A DNA stretch of 64,000 nt from an uncultured Aestuariivirga sp. (GTDB taxonomy: Bacteria > Pseudomonadota > Alphaproteobacteria > Rhizobiales > Aestuariivirgaceae), in assembly GCA_964244815.1 (NCBI GenBank), contig CAXTKH010000002.1, forward strand, positions 10,437 through 74,436, read 5' to 3'. The position numbers and the translations under genes were made by a program. The notes beneath the pieces were generated by a model. The model was not told the origin of the DNA, did not search any database, and saw only the letters and a list, made by a program, of their open reading frames with translations. Shown one piece after another: positions 41,745 to 51,311 of this stretch; positions within the stretch are counted from its first letter, which is position 1; the number at the start of each line of letters is the position of its first letter.

Positions 41745-41895
41745 TTGTCTGTCCTTTGTTTAGAACTCATGTTCTGTATAACGAACGGTATCTTGATTTT
41801 TCTGAATTTGAGCTTATTTTTCGAGTTATACAACGAAATTAGTGAGATTAGTTAAGAATCTTGCAGCGTGCGGATAAACGAACGGAGATTGAACG

Positions 41896-42927
41896 ATGCG
41901 CTATTTCCCGATATTTTTCGATCTTTTGGATCGCAAAGTCATCGTCGTGGGCGGTGGCGAGGAAGCTGTTCGGAAAATCCGTTTGTTGCTTAAAACGCCA
42001 GCGCAAATTCATGTCGTTGCTTATGAATTGCACGACGAAATCAGAACTGATTCCCGCATCAACTGGTTAGCTACAGAATTCAGACCAGAATTGCTGGATG
42101 GCGCAGCACTGGTATATTCGGCTGAACCCGAACTCAATGCTGCTGTTAGCGCTGCTGCTCAAGCCCGTGGCATTCCGGTAAATGCCGTCGACCAAGCCTC
42201 AATTTCTACTTTCATCGTGCCATCAATTGTCGACCGCGATCCTGTTGTAGTCGCCATTGGAACCGAAGGCACGGCGCCAGTTCTAGGCCAAGGCATTCGC
42301 GCCAAGATTGATGCGCTGCTTCCTGCAAAACTTGGGGAGCTTGCATCCGTAGCCAGCACGCTGCGCAACCACGTGGCAAAAAACGTGCCGCATGGAAATG
42401 CGCGGCGCAGTTTCTGGCAGAATTATTTTTTCGGCGCGGCGCGTGAAGCCTTATTTGCAGGAAATAAAACAGGCTTTGCTGCCGCCATTAAAACAGCAAT
42501 CAAAAATGCAGTGTTACCGTCAGACGGAATTGTAACGTTAGTAGGCATAGGCCCCGGCGATGCCGAGATGATTACCATCAAAGCACAACGCAAGATGATG
42601 GAAGCTGATGTGATCGTATATGATGGCAATGTTCCCGTGAGCGTCATGGAAATGGCAAGGCGCGATGCGACACGGGTTGTGGCCCCTTTTCGTTCGCATG
42701 ATTTGGAAAAGCTGCTGATCTCATTTGTTGCTGAAGGCAAGCTCGTGGTGCGTCTCATTTCTGGCGCAGAACAAAACATTCAGGCCCATGATGAATATGT
42801 GATGTTGCGGGCCCAAGGTGTCTCGGCAGACATTGTGCAAGGTATTGTTACTATGCGCTTTGAAAATGACAGCCCGTTTCCAACACGTCTCGATATTCAA
42901 GATTCTATTCTAAGGAGCGCTTCATGA
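41896..42927 (+). CDS. Siroheme synthase-like protein: complete precorrin-2 dehydrogenase/ferrochelatase domain, then a short and degenerate methyltransferase domain
   Basis: N-terminus FPIFFDLLDRKVIVVGGGEEAVRK. The methylase part starts VTLVGIGPGDAEMIT but the protein ends after about 130 aa of it and lacks the GGDP motif. Confidence 0.75.
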   Translation: MRYFPIFFDLLDRKVIVVGGGEEAVRKIRLLLKTPAQIHVVAYELHDEIRTDSRINWLATEFRPELLDGAALVYSAEPELNAAVSAAAQARGIPVNAVDQASISTFIVPSIVDRDPVVVAIGTEGTAPVLGQGIRAKIDALLPAKLGELASVASTLRNHVAKNVPHGNARRSFWQNYFFGAAREALFAGNKTGFAAAIKTAIKNAVLPSDGIVTLVGIGPGDAEMITIKAQRKMMEADVIVYDGNVPVSVMEMARRDATRVVAPFRSHDLEKLLISFVAEGKLVVRLISGAEQNIQAHDEYVMLRAQGVSADIVQGIVTMRFENDSPFPTRLDIQDSILRSAS

Positions 42928-43262
42928 GCGACATTGAAAGAGGTCAGGTTATGACCGCAAACCGCTTGGCCGATGGCGATGCTGTGTTCTTAACCCGTGC
43001 TGGAACCTGGAGTGACAGGATCGATGATGCCGCCTTGGTGCAAGAGCCACAGGCAACTGCAGCACTCGAAGCCCGCGCCGCTGAAGCCGTATTGGCAAAT
43101 CACATTACGGGGCAGTATTTGATTGATGCTGAACGTATCAATGGAAAAATACGAGCTAACTTGACGCGCGAACGTATCCGCACTTTAGGGCCAAGCGTCC
43201 GCAAAGATTTAGGCAAACAGGCAGAGGGGACAGCCGGTGCATTCGCCGCTGTGGAAGGCTAG
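42924..43262 (+). CDS. DUF2849-like small protein of the alphaproteobacterial sulfite reductase cluster
   Basis: Size and position between the cysG-like gene and cysI. It overlaps the upstream gene by 4 nt. Confidence 0.7.
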   Translation: MSDIERGQVMTANRLADGDAVFLTRAGTWSDRIDDAALVQEPQATAALEARAAEAVLANHITGQYLIDAERINGKIRANLTRERIRTLGPSVRKDLGKQAEGTAGAFAAVEG

Positions 43263-43265
43263 ACC

Positions 43266-44921
43266 ATGTATCGTTACGATGAATTCGATCACCAGTTTGT
43301 ATCAGAACGCACTGCGCAATTCCGTGACCAAGCCAATCGCCGTTTATCTGGTGAACTGACAGAAGAAGAGTTTCGTCCGCTTCGTTTGATGAACGGCCTG
43401 TACTTGCAACTTCATGCCTACATGTTGCGCGTCGCTATTCCCTACGGAACCCTTTCCGGCAAACAAATGCGCCAATTGGCTTATATCGCCGATAAATATG
43501 ATCGCGGCTATGGCCACTTCACGACGCGCCAGAACATTCAATATAACTGGATCAAGCTTGAAGAAACCGCCGACATTCTGCAAGCCTTGGCCGATGTTGA
43601 AATGCACGCTATTCAAACTTCTGGCAATTGCATTCGCAACGTGACGACTGATCATTGGGCAGGTGCTGCGGCTGATGAGTTGTTGGACCCACGCCCAATT
43701 GGCGAATTGATCCGCCAGTGGTCATCACTCCACCCAGAATTCTCATTCCTGCCGCGTAAATTTAAAATTGCCATCACTGGCGCACCGCACGACCGTGCCG
43801 CTGTAAAGGTACATGATATTGGTTTGCGTGCGCACAAGAATGATAAAGGCGAAACTGGCTGGGAAGTCATGGTGGGCGGTGGTCAAGGTCGCACCCCAAT
43901 GATTGCTGTGACAGTTCGCGATTTCCTGCCAGAGAAAGAGGTTATCCCCTATCTCGAAGCCATCATGCGCGTCTACAACCTCTATGGCCGACGCGACAAC
44001 AAATACAAAGCCCGGATCAAGATTTTGGTGCACGAACTAGGGGCCGAAAAATTCAAATCCGAAGTCGAAGTTGAATATTCCAGACACCCCGCGCAAACCA
44101 CGGAAGTAGAAGAACGCGAATTGGTCCGCATCTCAAAATATTTTGCGGCTCCTGCTTATGAAAAACTTTCGCGTTTTGCACCACATTTTGAAAATGCCAA
44201 ACGCGAGAATGCGGAATTTTCAAGCTGGGCCAAAAACAATTTAGCCCCGCATCAGGTTGATGGTTATGCAATCGTCAATATTTCCTTGAAGCCTGATGGC
44301 GGCATTCCGGGCGATGCCACGGGTGAGCAAATGCGCGTGATGGCAACTTTGGCCGAGCGTTACTCGCATGATGAATTGCGCGTGAGCCATGCCCAGAACA
44401 TTGTTTTGGCACATGTAAAGCTTGAGGATGTTTTTGCAGTCTGGGAAGTATTGAAGGCCAATGATTTGGCCGTAGCAAACTATGGCCTGATCGGCGACAT
44501 CATCGCCTGCCCAGGGCTTGACTATTGTGCACTGGCAACTGCGCGCTCAATTCCAATTGCGCAAGCCTTGTCACGCAAATTTTCTGACCAAAAGAAGCAG
44601 GAAGAATATGGGCCAGTGAAGCTCAATATATCAGGCTGCATCAATGCCTGCGGCCATCACCATGTTGGCCACATCGGTATTCTCGGCCTCGATAAAAAGG
44701 GCGAAGAATTTTACCAGATCACCCTAGGCGGTTCATCGTCCGAAAACGCATCAATAGGCACCATACTGGGACCAGGCTTCGCCGCCCACGAAGTTCCAGA
44801 TGCTATTGAAACCATTTTGAACACTTATGTGAAACTTCGCGAACCAGGCGAAGCGTTCCTCGGTGCCTACCGCCGCCTCGGCCCAAAACCATTTAAGGAG
44901 GCCCTCTATGCCACTGCTTAA
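43266..44921 (+). CDS. cysI: Assimilatory sulfite reductase hemoprotein (nitrite/sulfite reductase family)
   Basis: Siroheme/4Fe-4S cysteine pattern (TSGNCIRN...; ACPGLDYC...SGCINACGHH). Confidence 0.92.
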   Translation: MYRYDEFDHQFVSERTAQFRDQANRRLSGELTEEEFRPLRLMNGLYLQLHAYMLRVAIPYGTLSGKQMRQLAYIADKYDRGYGHFTTRQNIQYNWIKLEETADILQALADVEMHAIQTSGNCIRNVTTDHWAGAAADELLDPRPIGELIRQWSSLHPEFSFLPRKFKIAITGAPHDRAAVKVHDIGLRAHKNDKGETGWEVMVGGGQGRTPMIAVTVRDFLPEKEVIPYLEAIMRVYNLYGRRDNKYKARIKILVHELGAEKFKSEVEVEYSRHPAQTTEVEERELVRISKYFAAPAYEKLSRFAPHFENAKRENAEFSSWAKNNLAPHQVDGYAIVNISLKPDGGIPGDATGEQMRVMATLAERYSHDELRVSHAQNIVLAHVKLEDVFAVWEVLKANDLAVANYGLIGDIIACPGLDYCALATARSIPIAQALSRKFSDQKKQEEYGPVKLNISGCINACGHHHVGHIGILGLDKKGEEFYQITLGGSSSENASIGTILGPGFAAHEVPDAIETILNTYVKLREPGEAFLGAYRRLGPKPFKEALYATA

Positions 44922-45438
44922 AAACAACCAATTTGTTGCTGATGAATGGACGAAGCTGGCCGATGATGATGCATTGCCCGAAGGTGGCAAGATCATTGTT
45001 TCATCGCTGAGGCTGTTCCGCGATTGGGATCATCTGGCAAAATTCACAGGCCTGCTTGGAGTGAGTTTGGCTAACATCGAACGTGCGGAATCTCTAACCC
45101 CCTATCTTTCACAGCTCAGCCTGATCGCCCTTACCTTCCCGGCCTACACTGATGGCCGCGCGTATAGCCAAGCGAAAGATTTGCGTCTTGATGGTTACCG
45201 GGGCGAACTTCGCGCCGAAGGCAATCTGTTACTCGATCAATTCCAATACATGCACCAGGTTGGCTTTGATTCGTTTGAGGTGAGTGAGCGCTTTTCATTG
45301 CAACAATGGCAATCAGCATCACGCCAGATGTCATTGGCTTATCAACGTGGGCTCTACCGCACGGCAGGTGAGCGCGAAGTATGGTCGCAACGTCACCAAG
45401 GTTTTGCACCTTGGGAAGAACAACCCCATGCTGGCTAA
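44908..45438 (+). CDS. DUF934-family protein (COG3749) associated with sulfite reduction
   Basis: The ATG at 44908 is preceded by AAGGAG and overlaps the cysI stop. FPAYTDGRAYSQA motif. Confidence 0.8.
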   Translation: MPLLKNNQFVADEWTKLADDDALPEGGKIIVSSLRLFRDWDHLAKFTGLLGVSLANIERAESLTPYLSQLSLIALTFPAYTDGRAYSQAKDLRLDGYRGELRAEGNLLLDQFQYMHQVGFDSFEVSERFSLQQWQSASRQMSLAYQRGLYRTAGEREVWSQRHQGFAPWEEQPHAG

Positions 45439-46171
45439 AACTCCGCCAATTAACAATGAGAATGATATTCTTGAAGCCTATGCTGGCCTCGAAGGCCGCG
45501 ATCTCATCCGCACTGTAACGCGGGACTACAAGGGCCGCACCGCACTGCTGTCATCATTCGGCGCAGAGTCGTCTGTTCTGCTGCATATGGTTTCAGAAAT
45601 AGATCCTACTTTGCCAGTGGTGTTTCTCGATACCGAAAAACTTTTTCCCGAAACGATCGCGTATCGCAATCGCTTGGTTTTAGAATTAGGCCTGAAGAAT
45701 ATAAAGATATTCCATCCCAGCAAGGAAGACCTTGTAGAACAAGATCCAGATGGAAATCTGCACGCCAGTTTTCCTGATCAATGCTGCAACATTCGCAAAA
45801 CCATTCCAATGGAACGCGCCTTTTTAAATTATGATGTGATGATTTCGGGCCGCAAGCGTTTCCATGGTGCAGGCCGTGCTGATCTGAAATTTGTGTCAAT
45901 CGACGGCAATCGTTTGAAGGTTGAACCGCTGGCAGGTTTCACTGCATTCGATCTTCAGTCTTACATGATCAATCATCAGTTGCCGTCTCATCCCTTGAAG
46001 CTTGAAGGCTACCGATCAATCGGCTGCATGCCTCCTCAATGCACCAGCCCTGGTGGCACAGATGATAACCCTCGCGAAGGCCGCTGGATGGGCAATGACA
46101 AGACGGAATGCGGTATACACTTCACGGCAAACGGCAAAATTATTCGTACCGAAATACGCTCTGACCCTTAA
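45428..46171 (+). CDS. cysH: Phosphoadenylyl-/adenylyl-sulfate reductase (thioredoxin-dependent)
   Basis: PAPS_reduct fold and the C-terminal ECGIH motif. Cys pair CC (QCCNIRK) plus GCMPPQC. The start overlaps the DUF934 gene by 11 nt. Confidence 0.9.
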   Translation: MLAKTPPINNENDILEAYAGLEGRDLIRTVTRDYKGRTALLSSFGAESSVLLHMVSEIDPTLPVVFLDTEKLFPETIAYRNRLVLELGLKNIKIFHPSKEDLVEQDPDGNLHASFPDQCCNIRKTIPMERAFLNYDVMISGRKRFHGAGRADLKFVSIDGNRLKVEPLAGFTAFDLQSYMINHQLPSHPLKLEGYRSIGCMPPQCTSPGGTDDNPREGRWMGNDKTECGIHFTANGKIIRTEIRSDP

Positions 46172-46201
46172 TTCGTAATTTCTGACCCTTAATTCGTAAT
46201 T
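46160..46201. repeat. Perfect 21-bp tandem direct repeat (2 copies) spanning the cysH stop codon
   Basis: tctgacccttaattcgtaatt occurs at 46160-46180 and again at 46181-46201. Confidence 0.95.
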
Positions 46202-46214
46202 AGAGAGAGTTTGC

Positions 46215-46976
46215 ATGTCACAATTCTGGTCTTTTGCCATTGTTGGGTTTTTTGCCCAGCTGATAGACGGAACCCTTGGCATGGGTTTTGGTATCATTTC
46301 ATCTTCGGTTCTATTAGCTCAGGGGATTCCGCCTGCATTAGCATCTGCAAGTGTTAATGCTGCAAAATTACCGACAACTTTCACGGCTGCGATTTCACAC
46401 TTCCTCAACAAAAATCACACTTGGGAACTGCTGATTGCGCTTTGCATTTTTGGTTCGCTAGGTGGTTTTGCAGGCGCAATGTTGCTGACGAGCTTAAAAG
46501 GCAAAGTGTTGTTTCATTTGATCAATGCTTACCTGTTGGGCATCGGCGGGCTTATCATATATCGCGGATTTCACAATATTTTACCGCATAAATTGCCAAG
46601 GTGGTTTTCGCGCTTTGTCGGTTTGGGCGGTGGTTTAGTGGAGGGCATTGGTGGTAGCTGGGGACCAATTGTCACGACAGGACTTCTTGGTGCAGGAATC
46701 GAAAGCCGTTACGCAATTGGTGCAACCAACATTGCCGAATTCGCCGTTAGTCTCGCGGTATTTTCTTCGTTTGTGTTCGCCTTTCTGATTGGTCATTGGC
46801 AAGGCGGCGCTGATTGGCATACAGTATTTTTGCCAGTTGCTGGGTTGGTGGTTGGCGGACTTCCTGCAGCACTCGCTGGCGGTTGGCTTTCTAAAATTGC
46901 TCCTCGCCGCGAGCTCACCGTTGTCGTGGGAATGTTGGCAATGGCAATTGGAACGTTTAGAATTGTGACGGGCTGA
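46215..46976 (+). CDS. TauE/SafE-family sulfite exporter-like permease
   Basis: About eight TM helices with a Gly-rich TauE-like pattern. Located in the sulfur cluster. Confidence 0.85.
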   Translation: MSQFWSFAIVGFFAQLIDGTLGMGFGIISSSVLLAQGIPPALASASVNAAKLPTTFTAAISHFLNKNHTWELLIALCIFGSLGGFAGAMLLTSLKGKVLFHLINAYLLGIGGLIIYRGFHNILPHKLPRWFSRFVGLGGGLVEGIGGSWGPIVTTGLLGAGIESRYAIGATNIAEFAVSLAVFSSFVFAFLIGHWQGGADWHTVFLPVAGLVVGGLPAALAGGWLSKIAPRRELTVVVGMLAMAIGTFRIVTG

Positions 46977-48176
46977 TTAATTCACCAACGCCTGCTTCAC
47001 GTCGTCAATGATGTCCTTGATATCTTCCAACCCAACCGACAAACGCAACATGCCGTCTGTAATGCCCATCATCGCGCGTGCCTCAGGACCGATGTTGCGG
47101 TGAGTGGTGGAGGCCGGATGGGTCATCAATGATTTTGCATCGCCAAGATTGTTGGAAATATCGACCACTTTCAAGTTGCGCAAAACATCGAAAGCTTTCT
47201 CCTTGCCGCCTTCAACCTCGAACGTCACCATTGTTCCACCAAGGCTCATTTGCTTTTTAGCAAGTGCGTATTGCGGGTGACTTTCAAGATGCGGATAAAG
47301 CACACGGCTCACGACTTTTGTCGCTTGCAGATGTTGCGCTACTGTCAAAGCAGATAAGCTTTGGGCTTCAACACGAAGCTTTAGTGTTTCCATGCCTTTG
47401 AGCAGAACCCAAGCATTGAAAGGTGAGATTGATGGGCCTGTGTGGCGCAGGAACGGCTTCAGCATTTCCTCTTTGAACTTGCGCGTTGAAACAATAGCGC
47501 CACCCAAAACACGCCCCTGCCCGTCGATGTGTTTTGTGCCTGAGTAGACGATAACATCAGCACCATAATTGAGTGGCTTTTGCAAAATCGGCGTAGCAAA
47601 AATATTATCCACAACAACCAAGGCTCCGGCCTTCTTGGCAACCTCGGCAACAGCACCAAGATCAACTAAATCGAGCGTCGGGTTTGAGGGCGTCTCCAGA
47701 AATACACATTTTGTTTCAGGGCGAATCGCGGCCGCCCATGCGCCTAGATCAGCGCCGTCCACGAGTGTATGCGTGATGCCAAATCGCGGCAAAATGCTGG
47801 TGATGACCTGGTAGCAAGAACCAAACAAGGCTTTCGAAGAAACGATGTGATCGCCCGCTTTAAGCTGACAGGCCAGGGCGCCAAACACGGCGGCCATGCC
47901 AGAAGCAACGGCATAACAAGCCTCAGCTCCTTCAAGCAAAGCCAAGCGTTCTTCAAACATTGAAACTGTGGGATTGCCGTAACGGCCATAAACATAGCCA
48001 TCATCTTCGCCCATGAAACGCTTTTCAGCCGTTTCTGGCGCATCATAAACAAAGCCAGAATTGAGGAACAGCGCTTCAGACGTTTCGCCAAACGGCGTGC
48101 GCTCTAATCCGCCACGCACCAATTTCGTGGCATCGCCCCAGTTTGGTGCGTTCTTCGTACGAGTCTTTTTTGTCAT
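46977..48176 (-). CDS. metZ: O-succinylhomoserine sulfhydrylase (Cys/Met-metabolism PLP enzyme)
   Basis: Fold-type I gamma-family PLP enzyme; GTKHIDGQGR contains the PLP lysine. Confidence 0.88.
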   Translation of the reverse strand: MTKKTRTKNAPNWGDATKLVRGGLERTPFGETSEALFLNSGFVYDAPETAEKRFMGEDDGYVYGRYGNPTVSMFEERLALLEGAEACYAVASGMAAVFGALACQLKAGDHIVSSKALFGSCYQVITSILPRFGITHTLVDGADLGAWAAAIRPETKCVFLETPSNPTLDLVDLGAVAEVAKKAGALVVVDNIFATPILQKPLNYGADVIVYSGTKHIDGQGRVLGGAIVSTRKFKEEMLKPFLRHTGPSISPFNAWVLLKGMETLKLRVEAQSLSALTVAQHLQATKVVSRVLYPHLESHPQYALAKKQMSLGGTMVTFEVEGGKEKAFDVLRNLKVVDISNNLGDAKSLMTHPASTTHRNIGPEARAMMGITDGMLRLSVGLEDIKDIIDDVKQALVN

Positions 48177-48577
48177 TAGCTTTGGACCCAGGGAAGACCA
48201 GCGGCTTTCCAGCCATTCGTTTGGGCGCGGTGGCCTGAAGCATCTTTATCGCCTTCAAAGCCTTGAGCAATGTTCCAGCAATTTGTATATCCGGCGGCAG
48301 TTAACGCGTTGGCAGCAGAAGCCGAGCGCGCGCCGGAACGACAAAGGCACAAAATTTCAGCATCTTTCGGCAGACCCATGGCTTGCACTTCTTCTACAAA
48401 ACGAGCGTTCACTTCCATGGTGGGGTAAACCTGCCACGATAAACGCACGAGGCGGTCAACCATCGGCACACCCACAAAAGTCCATTCTGGCTGTGTGCGT
48501 ACATCGATCAGCACGGCTGCAGAATTACCCTTCAAGCGTTGATGCGCTTCAGTTGGTGGAATATCGCCTTGATACAT
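48176..48577 (-). CDS. Single-domain rhodanese-like sulfurtransferase
   Basis: Active-site loop CRSGARS. The stop overlaps the metZ start (TAATG). Confidence 0.85.
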   Translation of the reverse strand: MYQGDIPPTEAHQRLKGNSAAVLIDVRTQPEWTFVGVPMVDRLVRLSWQVYPTMEVNARFVEEVQAMGLPKDAEILCLCRSGARSASAANALTAAGYTNCWNIAQGFEGDKDASGHRAQTNGWKAAGLPWVQS

Positions 48578-48765
48578 TTTTAAACCCCTAAATTTGGCCG
48601 CACCATAGCGAACCGCCGCGGCAGCCGCAAAGGAAAATGACAGCTCATTCGGGTCAATTTTTTCGCGTGAATTTCTGACTTAAGGAGGTGAATGAACTGG
48701 CGCTTTCAAGTTAAACAATGAGCCTGCTAAGATCAAAATACCAGAATCTTTATCGGAGCCACTAA

Positions 48766-51225
48766 ATGTCAAAACCACTGCCAAAACAAGCTGACGTTGT
48801 CATTATCGGCGGCGGCATTGTGGGCTGTTCTATTGCGTATCACTTAACCAAAATCGACATTACCAATGTGGTGGTGCTCGAGCGCAAGCAACTGACATCG
48901 GGAACCACCTGGCATGCCGCAGGTTTGGTTGGCCAGCTCCGCGCATCTCGCAATTTGACTGAATTGGCGAAATATACAGCAGGATTATTTGAAGGACTGG
49001 AAAAAGAAACCGGACAAGCAACCGGCTTCAAACAAAACGGTTCAATCTCGATTGCGCTAACCGAAGGCCGCATGGAGGAATTATTGCGCGGCGCTTCCAT
49101 GGCCAAGAATTTTGGATTGGCCGTGGATGTTATCTCGCCAGAAGAAATCGGCAAGCGTGTGCCGCATTACAATTTGGATGGCGTGAAAGGAGGCGTGTTT
49201 TTGCCAAAGGACGGGCAAGTCAATCCCATCGACGTTACACAAGCATTGGCAGCTGGCGCCCGCAGCCGTGGCGCACAGGTTTTTGAAAATGTGAAGGTAA
49301 CACGTATTCTCACAAACAAGGGGCAAGCCACCGGCGTTGAAACCACTGACGGCACAATCATGGCCGATAAGGTGGTGATGGCTACGGGAATGTGGTCGCG
49401 CGAGCTAGGCCGCTCAATTGGAGTGAACATTCCGCTTCATGCGTGCGAACATTTCTATATCGTATCAGAACCAATCGCAGCATTGCCGCGCAACATGCCC
49501 GTGGTGCGCGTGCCAGATGAATGCACCTATTACAAAGAAGACGCTGGCAAACTGATGGTTGGCGCATTTGAACCCGTCGCCAAACCATGGGGTGGCGGCG
49601 GTATTGATGATGAACATGCCTTCGTCACGTTGCCTGAAGATATGGATCATTTTGAACCGATCTTGGCCAATGCCATCAACCGCGTACCGTTGTTGGAAAC
49701 AGCTGGCATTCAATTATTCTTCAACGGGCCAGAAAGTTTCACACCAGATAATCGCTATTACCTAGGCGAAGCACCGGAAGTGAAGAACCTGTTTGTAGCC
49801 ACAGGCTTTAACTCCATCGGAATCCAGTCTTCTGGCGGCGCGGGCTTGATGCTCGCCGATTGGATCAAGAACGGCCATGCGCCTGTAGATTTGAACGGCA
49901 TCGATGTAAGACGCATTCATCCGTTCCAATCCAACACCAATTATGTGCGCGACCGTGTGACAGAAACGCTTGGGCTGCTTTACGCAATGCATTGGCCATA
50001 CCGCCAAGCCGAAACTGCGCGTGGGGTTCGGCGCTCTCCATTTCATCAGTACACGGATAAATTGGGTGCGGTGTTTGGTGAAGTGAATGGTTGGGAACGG
50101 CCAAACTGGTATGCGCGCGGAGGCATGACGCGCGAATACGATTATTCATATGGCCGCCAGAATTGGTTCCCTTGCGCCGAGCACGAAGCCAAAGCACTTA
50201 TGAATGATGTTGTGTTCTTCGATCAATCTTCATTCGCCAAATTTGAAGTGGCGGGCCGCGATGCTTGTAAAGTGTTGAACAATATCAGCGCTAATAATGT
50301 GGATGTTGAGCCAGGCAAGATTGTCTACACCCAGTGGACAAATGAGCGCGGCGGCATTGAGGCTGATCTAACCGTAACACGCTTGGCCGAAGACAAATTC
50401 TTGGTCGTCACAGGTGCGGTTCCACAAACCCGCGACCTGGCTTGGCTGAGAAAGCACACACCTGCGGATGCGCATTGCATCTCAACCGATGTGACATCTG
50501 GCCTGCCAATGCTTTCGATCATGGGCCCAAAATCCCGCGCGCTTTTGCAAAAAGTATCTCGTACTGATTTCTCCAATGCAGCCTTTCCATTCGGCACGTC
50601 AAAAGAAATTGAAATCGGCTATGCCCGCGTACCCGCCAGCCGGATTACTTATGTAGGCGAACTGGGCTGGGAGCTTTACATGCCCGCCGAATTTGCAGCC
50701 CATGTGTTCGAAACGATCCAAGCTGCGGGCACGGAATTTAACCTCACCCCCGCTGGCATGCACACCATGAATAACGCTCGTATGGAAAAGGCCTATCGCC
50801 ACTGGGGCCATGATATGTCGGATGAAGAAACCGTTCTCGAAGCAGGCCTCGGATTTGCCATTGCTTGGGATAAGCCCGGTGGGTTCATCGGGCGTGAGGC
50901 ATTGCTAAAACAAAAGGCCCTGCCCGTTTTGCCAAAACGTTTGATTTGTATTTCATTGATCGATGCCAGTGAAACAGCACCTATGATTTATCACGAAGAG
51001 CCGATTTATCGAAATGGCGTAAATGTTGGCTCAACCACATCGGGTGCATGGGGCCACCGAGTGAACAAATCTCTGGGCCTCGGTTATGTGAAAAACAGCG
51101 AAGGCGTGACTAAAGAATGGATCGATTCCGGCAAGTGGGAAGTTGAATTGGCTTGGAAACGTTATGAGGCTAAGGTGCAATTGGGGAGTTTCTACGATCA
51201 GAAAGGTGAACGCATTAAAGCTTAA
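48766..51225 (+). CDS. FAD-dependent dimethylglycine/sarcosine dehydrogenase-like oxidoreductase with a C-terminal GcvT (folate-binding) domain
   Basis: DAO domain (VVIIGGGIVGCSIAYHL) plus an aminomethyltransferase-like C-terminal half. 819 aa. Confidence 0.88.
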   Translation: MSKPLPKQADVVIIGGGIVGCSIAYHLTKIDITNVVVLERKQLTSGTTWHAAGLVGQLRASRNLTELAKYTAGLFEGLEKETGQATGFKQNGSISIALTEGRMEELLRGASMAKNFGLAVDVISPEEIGKRVPHYNLDGVKGGVFLPKDGQVNPIDVTQALAAGARSRGAQVFENVKVTRILTNKGQATGVETTDGTIMADKVVMATGMWSRELGRSIGVNIPLHACEHFYIVSEPIAALPRNMPVVRVPDECTYYKEDAGKLMVGAFEPVAKPWGGGGIDDEHAFVTLPEDMDHFEPILANAINRVPLLETAGIQLFFNGPESFTPDNRYYLGEAPEVKNLFVATGFNSIGIQSSGGAGLMLADWIKNGHAPVDLNGIDVRRIHPFQSNTNYVRDRVTETLGLLYAMHWPYRQAETARGVRRSPFHQYTDKLGAVFGEVNGWERPNWYARGGMTREYDYSYGRQNWFPCAEHEAKALMNDVVFFDQSSFAKFEVAGRDACKVLNNISANNVDVEPGKIVYTQWTNERGGIEADLTVTRLAEDKFLVVTGAVPQTRDLAWLRKHTPADAHCISTDVTSGLPMLSIMGPKSRALLQKVSRTDFSNAAFPFGTSKEIEIGYARVPASRITYVGELGWELYMPAEFAAHVFETIQAAGTEFNLTPAGMHTMNNARMEKAYRHWGHDMSDEETVLEAGLGFAIAWDKPGGFIGREALLKQKALPVLPKRLICISLIDASETAPMIYHEEPIYRNGVNVGSTTSGAWGHRVNKSLGLGYVKNSEGVTKEWIDSGKWEVELAWKRYEAKVQLGSFYDQKGERIKA

Positions 51226-51311
51226 GATCAAGCGTTCGGCGTTTTCAAATTTTGTTCTTTAAAAAGAACGATTGTTGCACTATATTGAATAACAATCATA
51301 ACAGGAGGCCC

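Noticed and set aside
41780-41885. The motif aacgaacgg at 41780-41788 and 41877-41885, plus aacgaa at 41832, in the divergent XRE/cysG-like promoter region.
   Set aside because: The motif is short with irregular spacing (about 46-52 nt), and chance occurrence is plausible. It is not enough to call an operator.
48578-48765. A possible SAM-II or other SAM riboswitch upstream of the rhodanese-metZ operon (minus strand).
   Set aside because: I could not find the conserved elements as I remember them (GAUUU..GCUU...UUGCA...AAAGC in that order). Only generic GC hairpins are present. A covariance-model search is needed before any claim.
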